Source: a candidate division WWE3 bacterium RAAC2_WWE3_1 (GTDB lineage Bacteria; Patescibacteriota; WWE3; UBA101185; UBA10185). From it: DNA of 64,000 bases. The stretch's first letter is position 1. Each line of letters opens with the position of its first letter. The DNA is taken from positions 157,218 to 221,217 of the forward strand of contig CP006914.1 in the NCBI GenBank assembly GCA_000503835.1, given 5' to 3'. The notes beneath the pieces are model-generated. The model did no database searches. It was not told where the DNA came from and saw nothing but the letters and a program-made list of their open reading frames with translations. The translations under genes and the position numbers were made by a program. Below are positions 57,303 to 64,000 of the stretch, one piece after another.

Positions 57303-57941
57303 TTAGTGCTCTACGAATTGTCCCAGGCCGGGATCCGTAAGGACCGTCACGCCATGAAAACCGCCCGCAGGGTCGTTATAAACTTCTTCGAAGATATCAA
57401 ATTCATTCCAGAGTGGCCCGCCCGCACCAACCCAGCCGATTTTTACAAAGTATGTGTAGTGCTGGGACACCCCACTGGCATCGATGTAATCTCCGTTGAC
57501 GTGGTTTGTTAACCATCCCCTACTGAGACCGGTGGAAGTACCGTTAGCCAGGCCTCGGTCAAGCTTGCCATCACCATCACAATCGACATTCGACAGCCAT
57601 TCGTCGGACCACTTCATTTGAAGCGCGTCATCGGCGTAATCGGCGGTACTGCCCCAGTATTTTCCGTCTGCTACCCGATCTGACGTGTCATATGTCCCGA
57701 CGAAAAGGTGCGCCTGGTAGTTATAACCGAACTCATCAAAACCCACAGTAAGCGGGTTCCCGGCCGAATCCACAATGGTGCCGTCCTGAATTTTGGCGCA
57801 CCCGGTGTTCGACCATGCGGTTTCCGCGCCGGTGACAGGATCAAACCCGACAGGTTTGTCCGCTAAAACAGGCGAAACCACCATCATGACCATCACAACA
57901 GCGAGTACTGCCGAAAGAATACCTTTGGCTTTCATTTTCAC
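57303..57941 (-). CDS. Secreted hypothetical protein
   Basis: Signal peptide MKMKAKGILSAVLAVVMVMMVVSPVLA. Gly/Asp/Trp-rich mature region. Locally GC-richer DNA. Confidence 0.5.
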   Translation of the reverse strand: MKMKAKGILSAVLAVVMVMMVVSPVLADKPVGFDPVTGAETAWSNTGCAKIQDGTIVDSAGNPLTVGFDEFGYNYQAHLFVGTYDTSDRVADGKYWGSTADYADDALQMKWSDEWLSNVDCDGDGKLDRGLANGTSTGLSRGWLTNHVNGDYIDASGVSQHYTYFVKIGWVGAGGPLWNEFDIFEEVYNDPAGGFHGVTVLTDPGLGQFVEH

Positions 57942-58110
57942 TCTCCTTTTAAGAGTTTGGTTGATTTATGCGACCAAGCAGGGGATACTATAACATTTAA
58001 ATGCCTATACTAGCAAGTCGGGCATCTATAAATCACCGGGAAAAGAAAAAGCTCCATAGGATTTTTAATTATTCCTACAGAGCTTATTTTGTTATAACGA
58101 AGTTGCAAAG

Positions 58111-58422
58111 CTATATGTCAAAGGCGGGCGACCCGTTTGATTTAAGGTACTCTACGAGCTCCCGCATTTTCCCTTTCGTTACTTCTCCGCTTTTGTTATA
58201 GGCGGTTCGCAGCAAATCTTCGTGCGCCGTTTTAATTAGTGGAAAGATACCGGAAGTATGCAGGAAATTGTTCCCTTCGGTCGCCTCAGTGCGCTTGCTA
58301 AATTTTGCAAGTTCGAGGGCGAAAAAGGTGAAACAGCCCCGTTCTTCCAGAGGAACCGCGTATCTTAGGATTGTAACTTTCTCTCTGTAGTCGGATCCGG
58401 AAAACACTTTGTTAACGCCCAT
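58111..58422 (-). CDS. Hypothetical small protein
   Basis: 103-aa ORF with no motif recognised. Confidence 0.3.
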   Translation of the reverse strand: MGVNKVFSGSDYREKVTILRYAVPLEERGCFTFFALELAKFSKRTEATEGNNFLHTSGIFPLIKTAHEDLLRTAYNKSGEVTKGKMRELVEYLKSNGSPAFDI

Positions 58423-58577
58423 CTCTCCTCCTTTATTTAGTACACTCAGTGCGGAAAGTATAACTTACTATAAGGTATTTAGCAATAAATGCGGTATTTC
58501 AACTGTAAATAAAAAAGGGTAACCCTGAGACCGAAAATTCGGTTTCAAGATTACCCTTGCGGAGCAATTAATTTTCC

Positions 58578-59372
58578 TCAGCGGTTGTAATATTTTTTTG
58601 CTCCCGCGTAGAGGATTAACGTAAACAGTATTCCCATTCCGATGCCGACGAATATCTCGAAGGTGTAAGTTCTCACAACAATAACTGAGAGCTTATCTCC
58701 AAAACCACTTGTCGGTACCGGAGGAGCCGTTCGGCTTGGCTGCGGAGGCCCCGGTGTCGCGGTGTTCGGCGGTAACGGAGTATTAGTTGGGGTCGGTGGA
58801 ACCTCTGTGGGTGGTATTTCCGTCGGAGGCACCTCGGTTTGCGTCGGTGTGGGAGGCACATCAGTTGGAGGTGTAGTTCCTGTGGGAGTTGAGGTCGGGG
58901 TGTCAGTAGATGTGCTCGTGGGTGTGTCCGTCGGTGTAGACGTTGCTGTGTTCGTAGGTGTCGGTGTATTTGTCGAAGTTGATGTTGGCGTGTTGGTCGA
59001 CGTTGAAGTGCTTGTTTTTGTAGGCGTAGGTTCCGGGGTTTCCAGCACGTCGTACGGGATTAAACCTTGGTAGTCATCACCGCACCAAAATTTGTTCTCG
59101 CCCGGAATAAAACTGCACCACGTACCTATCGGTGGGTTCGGCTTACCGGGGTCCATGCAATAAGCTTGGATAATGTAACCTCCGGCTCCGCTGATCTCAA
59201 ACCGTTGATATGTACCTGATATTCCGGAGACTGCGCCGGCACCGAGATCGGCAGTAATGCGCCAACCTTGTTCCGGTAGATCCATTCCGGCGCTTACCGT
59301 TGTGACCATTACCAGCGTGGCGAAACCTGCCAGCACCGCGAAGAAAGCCAGTATAACCATAAGCTTTTTCAT
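58578..59372 (-). CDS. Secreted, C-terminally membrane-anchored protein with long Thr/Pro-rich low-complexity linker
   Basis: Signal peptide, Cys-containing N-terminal domain, ~110-aa TPTSTSTNTPT.../PPTEVPPT repeat region, and a C-terminal TM helix plus basic tail (ILYAGAKKYYNR). Confidence 0.6.
   Translation of the reverse strand: MKKLMVILAFFAVLAGFATLVMVTTVSAGMDLPEQGWRITADLGAGAVSGISGTYQRFEISGAGGYIIQAYCMDPGKPNPPIGTWCSFIPGENKFWCGDDYQGLIPYDVLETPEPTPTKTSTSTSTNTPTSTSTNTPTPTNTATSTPTDTPTSTSTDTPTSTPTGTTPPTDVPPTPTQTEVPPTEIPPTEVPPTPTNTPLPPNTATPGPPQPSRTAPPVPTSGFGDKLSVIVVRTYTFEIFVGIGMGILFTLILYAGAKKYYNR
58706..59042. repeat. Low-complexity tandem repeat DNA encoding the Thr/Pro linker (minus strand)
   Basis: Degenerate short-period repeats (ggtgt/cggtg/gtcgg on the + strand), GC-rich relative to flanks. 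Confidence 0.6.
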
Positions 59373-59375
59373 TTC

Positions 59376-60221
59376 TTAACCTCCTTGTTTGAGGACTATT
59401 ATCAGGCGCTCCGCCGAATACCAGGGGTCGCGGAACAAATTTCGGCCGCTGGTAATAATGACGATGCTTCTGTCATCCGGGTAGATGCCTATAAGTTGGG
59501 ATAGTTCTGTTGGGTTCAGTGTTTTTACTAAACCGAGGTTCTCGTAGCTGACTATTCCCGCCCCGGCCACAACGAGCTCTATAGACACTTCCTTTTGAGA
59601 GATTACTACCGGCGTGTCTTCGAGTTCCCCGATAGCCGTGCTCATCCGGCTGTCGGAAAGGTCTGTCAGCACATCGCCGCATGTTCTTCCCCCCTCAAAG
59701 TGACGTCTCAGGTACTCACCTTCAAGCTCTGTCCAAACGTATTCCTTTGTGTACCTAAAACACCCTGAGTGGGGATTTATTGTTACATTCCCGGAGTCAT
59801 CTGCCCATACACCCGCTTTGCCGGCTCCCGGCTTATATACATCGGGGCCGTTCACGGGAATGACCGGAGCAAACGTCACAGGAAACGATCCGCCTGAAGT
59901 CGGGTAGAAAACTATTGAGATGGTATCCGCGCCGTCAAACCTTATTCCTTCGAAATCGTAGGGGTTCTCCGGTAAGGACGGTTCGGGTATTATTTTAGGT
60001 ATTGGGGTCGGCAAAGACAGCATAGGTTGGGGAGTAGTCCAAACCGGTTGAAACGGAGTGGGTGTTGCTGTGTCGCCCGGTGCCATTGCCGATACGGACT
60101 GTTCTCTTGACATGGGTGTCCCATAAAAAAATTCCGAAGCTATGGGAATAACCAACTTAACGTCAAGGAATACTAAAACGATAAAAATACACAGTAGCGG
60201 AAAAATCCTCGCATTCTTCAA
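59376..60221 (-). CDS. Secreted hypothetical protein with Pro-rich N-terminal region
   Basis: N-terminal signal/TM (IFPLLCIFIVLVFL), a Pro-rich segment, and a globular C-terminal domain with two Cys. 4-nt gap to the downstream gene, so likely co-transcribed. Confidence 0.5.
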   Translation of the reverse strand: MKNARIFPLLCIFIVLVFLDVKLVIPIASEFFYGTPMSREQSVSAMAPGDTATPTPFQPVWTTPQPMLSLPTPIPKIIPEPSLPENPYDFEGIRFDGADTISIVFYPTSGGSFPVTFAPVIPVNGPDVYKPGAGKAGVWADDSGNVTINPHSGCFRYTKEYVWTELEGEYLRRHFEGGRTCGDVLTDLSDSRMSTAIGELEDTPVVISQKEVSIELVVAGAGIVSYENLGLVKTLNPTELSQLIGIYPDDRSIVIITSGRNLFRDPWYSAERLIIVLKQGG

Positions 60222-60319
60222 GTTACCTCCTTTGTTGTCAAAGTTCTGATTCTGCCCTTATTGGGTCGGAATGGCGCTAATTTTACCACCAAGCTATAGG
60301 GTTGGGAAATTGGAATATA

Positions 60320-60362
60320 CAAAAAAATCCCGTTCATTTGCTTTTAAGGCGTAGAACGGGAT
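60320..60362 (-). terminator. Rho-independent terminator for small-membrane-peptide operon (minus strand)
   Basis: ATCCCGTTC (60327-60335) / GAACGGGAT (60354-60362) 9-bp stem. The A7 run on + (60321-60327) gives a U-tract on the minus strand. Confidence 0.5.
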
Positions 60363-60371
60363 ATGACGTTA

Positions 60372-60491
60372 CTAGGGAATCGGTTTTAATAGAATACCAA
60401 CGCCGAAGACCGTCATGACGGCGAACATCACGATGATGATGGCCACAAATACATACCTGCCGATTGCTTTGAGTGTGTTTTTGTATTTCAT
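60372..60491 (-). CDS. Unannotated 39-aa single-TM peptide (MKYKNTLKAIGRYVFVAIIIVMFAVMTVFGVGILLKPIP)
   Basis: Below the ORF-track size cutoff. GGAGGGGAGA Shine-Dalgarno immediately upstream (tctcccctcc on +, 60491-60500). A terminator follows. Confidence 0.35.
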   Translation of the reverse strand: MKYKNTLKAIGRYVFVAIIIVMFAVMTVFGVGILLKPIP

Positions 60492-60499
60492 CTCCCCTC

Positions 60500-60703
60500 C
60501 TAGAAGACGTAAGATATGACGGATGACCAAAATATCAGCGCCGCTATAACAGCTGCGAGATATACGAGCACAGTTTGTGACGACAGCCTATTCCGTTGTA
60601 CCTCCATTCGCAAAAGCATCAACCCCCGGAGAAGGAAATAAACGGTCATACAGAATCCCCAAATAACGTAAATTTGGGCAAAAAATCTTCCTGTTGTCTC
60701 CAT
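60500..60703 (-). CDS. Small membrane protein (67 aa)
   Basis: Two TM helices. GGAGG Shine-Dalgarno upstream (cctcc on + at 60711-60715). Forms a two-gene operon with the 39-aa peptide. Confidence 0.4.
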   Translation of the reverse strand: METTGRFFAQIYVIWGFCMTVYFLLRGLMLLRMEVQRNRLSSQTVLVYLAAVIAALIFWSSVISYVF

Positions 60704-60814
60704 CTTTACCCTCCTCCTTCACTCTTTCTTTCGATTTTCCCCATATTACGGCTCGTTTTAATAGTAGTCAAGGCAAATGGTGGCGGAACGACCGAAACTT
60801 GCTAAACTAAGAAG

Positions 60815-61675
60815 ATGGTCGACCTTACAATATCTCAAAATTTTCTTAAAGATCCGGAGCTGGTACGAAGGCTGGTAAGTAAAGTCGGAATATCGAAAGG
60901 GGACACCGTTCTTGATATTGGAGCAGGGGAGGGGATTATTTCCGAGGTGCTTCTGGAAACGGGAGCGAGTGTTATAGCCGTGGAGCCCGACGGAAGCCTT
61001 TTTTTAAAATTAAAGCAAAGATTTTCAGGCAGACCTGACATCCAACTAGTTGACAAAGACTTTCTAAATTACCCTCTGCCTTCAGGACCGTACAAGGTTT
61101 TCTCAAACATTCCTTTTAGTGTTACTTCGGCGATAGTTAATAAGTTGTTGTTCGTGGGCAATCCTCCCAGGGAATCCTTTCTGGTTATCCAGCAGGAGGC
61201 GGCTAACAGATTTATGGGTAAGGGTGAAGGATATCTGTTTTCGTTACTAACTAGACCTTTTTTTGACACGAGCGTTTTATATAAATTTAAAAGGGATGAT
61301 TTTATTCCCAAGCCTTCGGTCGATTCGGTGATGCTCGGGGTAAGGAAAAGGAGTCAGCCTCTAATAAAACACGATCTGCGTACTATGTATGAAGACTTCA
61401 TTTGTTATGTTGTAGGACAGCAAAAACCTACTTTAAAACTCAGACTTAAAAAAATTTTTACGGCCGTTCAGTATTATAGGATTTCGGAAGATTTAGGATT
61501 CTCTACAGAAGCTACGGTAAAAAATCTTACATTCACACAATGGCTCATGTTGTTCGAAAAGTATATAAGTTTAGTCGACGCATCAAAAAAGAGCGAAACC
61601 GTCGGATCTTACGAAAATTACAGGAAAAATATTCTGCGGACAGGGAAAATCAGTAAGACTAAAATACACAGGTAA
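60815..61675 (+). CDS. rRNA adenine N6-dimethyltransferase family protein (Erm/KsgA-like)
   Basis: SQNFLKD, SAM-binding VLDIGAGEGIIS, and NIPFSVTSAIVNKL (cf. N(I/L)PYxI(T/S)). 286 aa with a divergent C-terminal domain. Confidence 0.72.
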   Translation: MVDLTISQNFLKDPELVRRLVSKVGISKGDTVLDIGAGEGIISEVLLETGASVIAVEPDGSLFLKLKQRFSGRPDIQLVDKDFLNYPLPSGPYKVFSNIPFSVTSAIVNKLLFVGNPPRESFLVIQQEAANRFMGKGEGYLFSLLTRPFFDTSVLYKFKRDDFIPKPSVDSVMLGVRKRSQPLIKHDLRTMYEDFICYVVGQQKPTLKLRLKKIFTAVQYYRISEDLGFSTEATVKNLTFTQWLMLFEKYISLVDASKKSETVGSYENYRKNILRTGKISKTKIHR

Positions 61676-61680
61676 AAAGT

Positions 61681-63144
61681 TTATCTTTTACTTGGTTGTT
61701 CAATAACAAGAGCAACACTGATTTCTGTTGTGTCATCTTCTAAACGCAAACCTTCCGGTATTACCAGTTTAACGGGTGCTACAGTAGACTCCGTTTTATC
61801 GCTTATATCCAACGGTTCGGTGGTGATTTCCTTCGGAGCTTCGATTCCCTCAGGTACCCATAACCTCAGCTTATTTGGTTCGGCTTCTATCGATTTCAAA
61901 ACAAGCCTATTTTTTAGGACGCCGACCGTTTTTACAGATACGGGAATTTCTGCAAGATAATACTTTTGGGCAGTGAGAAGAATGATATTAGGCTCGAATG
62001 ATACGATAGAAAAATTGGACGGTATCGTAATAATTTCTTTACTCACCGTCAGCTTATTTACTCCGTTTTGCAGGGTGGTGTAGTCAAGATCGATTTTAAA
62101 GTCGTTGATTGAGACCTCTCTGAAGGCATCTTCTCCCCGGGCGCTGATTTTAACCTTCACCTCTTTTGGACTGTACTCCTGTATAAGCAGACTACCCGAT
62201 GTTTTTGAAGCATTAAGCGGAATTTTATAGGTCTTTTCAACGATGCCCGTCTGAAAAGCAGCGAAGAACCATATTATCCCCGCGATGAGCAAAGCACCCA
62301 AACGGATCATAAAATCCTGTCTGATGATCTTAGCTAGCCTATTTTCCTTAGTACTTTTGGAAAACTTTGATCTTGTATATTTTTCCAGTTCCTTTTCCAG
62401 TTCCGTAAATTCCTGCAAGGTTTTCAATTTACCATCCCTGGTGACGGAGATTTTTCCGTTTTCTTCGGACACAACAATGGTAAAGGCGTCGGTCACTTCT
62501 GTTATGCCGACCGCAGCGCTATGGCGCGTTCCGTGTTTTCCTATTTCTTTAAAGTTCGTGGAAAGGGGGAGATGGACCGCGAATTTTGCAACCTTGTTGT
62601 TATTAATTAAAACCGCCCCGTCATGACCGTAAGAGTGGGGCTCGAAGATGCTGGATAACAACTCTTCAGAGATTGCTCCGTCCAGCATAATGCCCCCGTC
62701 CGTAAATTGATCAAGGCCGACCTTACCTTGTATGACTATAAGCGCCCCGATCTTTGCCTGTGCCATCCTCACGCATGCCTGAATAATCTCTGATGTTGAC
62801 GGTGACCTTGAAGTTAGGGGCAGCACCTTAATTTGTCTCGACCCGATCAGACCTAAGAATTCAAAGTATTTTCTTATTTCACTCTGAAAAATTATGACAA
62901 AAATCAGTACGGCCACACCGACAAAATATTTCAGGGCCATAAGCGTAACATATAAATTGAAGCTCTTTGCGATAAGATAAAGTCCAACGGCAAAAGCCAG
63001 TCCCAGGAATGCCATTAGGGTTCTGGTGTTGCGAAGGAATAAAAAGAGGGTGTATATCAGAAGAGCAATTATAAGGATGTCCAGAAAATCGGTTAGATAT
63101 AAATTTTCTTTTAATCGGACAAGATTGTTTATCTGATTAAACAT
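61681..63144 (-). CDS. cdaA: Diadenylate cyclase CdaA fused to YbbR/CdaR-like C-terminal domains
   Basis: 3 N-terminal TM helices. DAC-domain motifs DGAVLINNNKV, HLPLS and GTRHSAAVGITEVTDAFTIVVSEENGKIS. An additional TM and ~200 aa of YbbR-like beta repeats follow. 487 aa. Confidence 0.8.
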   Translation of the reverse strand: MFNQINNLVRLKENLYLTDFLDILIIALLIYTLFLFLRNTRTLMAFLGLAFAVGLYLIAKSFNLYVTLMALKYFVGVAVLIFVIIFQSEIRKYFEFLGLIGSRQIKVLPLTSRSPSTSEIIQACVRMAQAKIGALIVIQGKVGLDQFTDGGIMLDGAISEELLSSIFEPHSYGHDGAVLINNNKVAKFAVHLPLSTNFKEIGKHGTRHSAAVGITEVTDAFTIVVSEENGKISVTRDGKLKTLQEFTELEKELEKYTRSKFSKSTKENRLAKIIRQDFMIRLGALLIAGIIWFFAAFQTGIVEKTYKIPLNASKTSGSLLIQEYSPKEVKVKISARGEDAFREVSINDFKIDLDYTTLQNGVNKLTVSKEIITIPSNFSIVSFEPNIILLTAQKYYLAEIPVSVKTVGVLKNRLVLKSIEAEPNKLRLWVPEGIEAPKEITTEPLDISDKTESTVAPVKLVIPEGLRLEDDTTEISVALVIEQPSKR

Positions 63145-63258
63145 CTGTCACCATTGTATGAGAAAAAAGCTGTATAGTACAACAGTTTGGACAAAGATTC
63201 CTGATTTGACAGCACGGTGTTTACTTGACGACAGCCCGCTGTCGTATAACATTTAATA

Positions 63259-63516
63259 ATGCCTGAAACATTCGAAGCCTCGGACGGTACTAAGGGGTGG
63301 TTACATGTTCCTACTGAAGAAGACTTGAAGAATGAGAAAATTAAGCAGGAAGAAGCTAACAAAAACATGGAAAATCAGATACGAAAGAGGTTGGAAGAAG
63401 TAAAAAGCAGCCAGCTCCCGACCCGGGATTTAATCACGGACTTAAGAGGATTATTTGAGGGTAAAGGTTCTGACAAAGATGAGACGGTACCGAACCAGGA
63501 TGAAGTTGCCGGGTGA
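63259..63516 (+). CDS. Hypothetical small charged protein
   Basis: 85 aa, highly charged/coiled-coil-like, no motif. Confidence 0.3.
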   Translation: MPETFEASDGTKGWLHVPTEEDLKNEKIKQEEANKNMENQIRKRLEEVKSSQLPTRDLITDLRGLFEGKGSDKDETVPNQDEVAG

Positions 63517-63693
63517 CGGTTTTCAGGATGGGAAGTATCTAAAACGATTTTAGTTTTTCTTGAACTTGGTGGGATAAAAGTTCTTACACCGAATATAATT
63601 ATAAGGAAAGGTACCCGGTAGTGTCACTTGCGTGGGATTAGATAAGGATATTAGGTGTATTGGTGACGACCTATACAGCCTCTGACATGCATT

Positions 63694-63993
63694 TTAGCTA
63701 AATAAGGCTTGTACTTCAGTCTCTGTAACGTTTCCAACAGCATAAAAAAACATTTTGTCTGTTGTTAAGTACCTACTAATGACGCTGTCAACCCCTGGTT
63801 TATCAATTAAAGCAATATCATTTAAGAAATCCGTGTAGCAATAATTGTTGTCTCTTACCAGTAATTCCCGGTAGAAATGAGTATCTGTCCAGAATTGTAC
63901 TGTTTGTGTTGAAATAATTCCTGTGTTGAGTATTTTGTTTTTTATGCTGTTCAAGGATTCTTGGGGAACTCCGTCTTTTTCCAATGTTTCCAA
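63694..63993 (-). CDS. Hypothetical protein (may continue past window end)
   Basis: 99-aa ORF on the minus strand reaching within 7 nt of the window end. The true start may lie beyond nt 64000. Confidence 0.3.
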   Translation of the reverse strand: METLEKDGVPQESLNSIKNKILNTGIISTQTVQFWTDTHFYRELLVRDNNYCYTDFLNDIALIDKPGVDSVISRYLTTDKMFFYAVGNVTETEVQALFS

Positions 63994-64000
63994 TGCAGCC

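Noticed and set aside
58706-59042. Possible CRISPR-like periodic repeats
   Set aside because: The repeats are short-period degenerate coding repeats (Thr/Pro codons) without spacer/repeat alternation. No cas genes present.
58762-59073. Plus-strand 103-aa Gly/Val-rich ORF
   Set aside because: It is the antisense reading of the Thr/Pro repeat region of the minus-strand secreted protein, so an artefact of repeat composition.

Overview
The window reads as a compact, low-GC bacterial chromosome segment, possibly a CPR/Patescibacteria-type genome (inference from gene content and compactness only). It is mostly housekeeping. uvrA is truncated at the window start, followed by uvrC and then a dcw-type division/cell-wall cluster (secG-murA-mraY-ftsW-murG-ftsQ-ftsA-ftsZ). 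Next come a class II (B12-dependent) ribonucleotide reductase beside a PduO-type cobalamin adenosyltransferase, ileS, rplU-rpmA, lepB, polX, lemA, a Nudix hydrolase, htpX, and gatC-gatA-[inserted ORF]-gatB. Then polA (Klenow-like, without the 5' nuclease domain), a ClpC-like ATPase, rplS, an Erm/KsgA-like rRNA methyltransferase, and a CdaA-YbbR fusion. I hand-folded four tRNAs into cloverleaves: Val-CAC (+), Thr-CGU (-), Gly-CCC (-) and Asp-GUC (-). The most unusual part is a ~10 kb block at 32.2-42.3 kb, bounded by tRNA-Thr and tRNA-Gly. It starts with a BlaI/BlaR1-like repressor/protease pair whose protease lacks the penicillin-binding sensor. Downstream are a protein made of three tandem CxxC thioredoxin-fold repeats, Cys-rich membrane proteins with MerT-like vicinal-Cys helices, two paralogous Sco-like CxxxC redoxins around a CcdA/DsbD-like transporter, a YHS/TRASH metal-binding protein and an ArsR/SmtB regulator. 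I interpret this as a previously undescribed thiol/metal (copper-like) sensing and detoxification island. Other items worth a look: a QueC-like PP-loop/zinc-ribbon enzyme with a ~200-aa N-terminal extension next to tRNA-Val; a HEPN/DUF4145-like ORF inside the gatCAB operon; a surface-glycan cluster (GH18, clan GH-A hydrolase, Wzx, WaaL-like, GalU); and a GC-richer block of secreted Thr/Pro-repeat proteins. No rRNA, CRISPR array, integrase or transposase was recognised.
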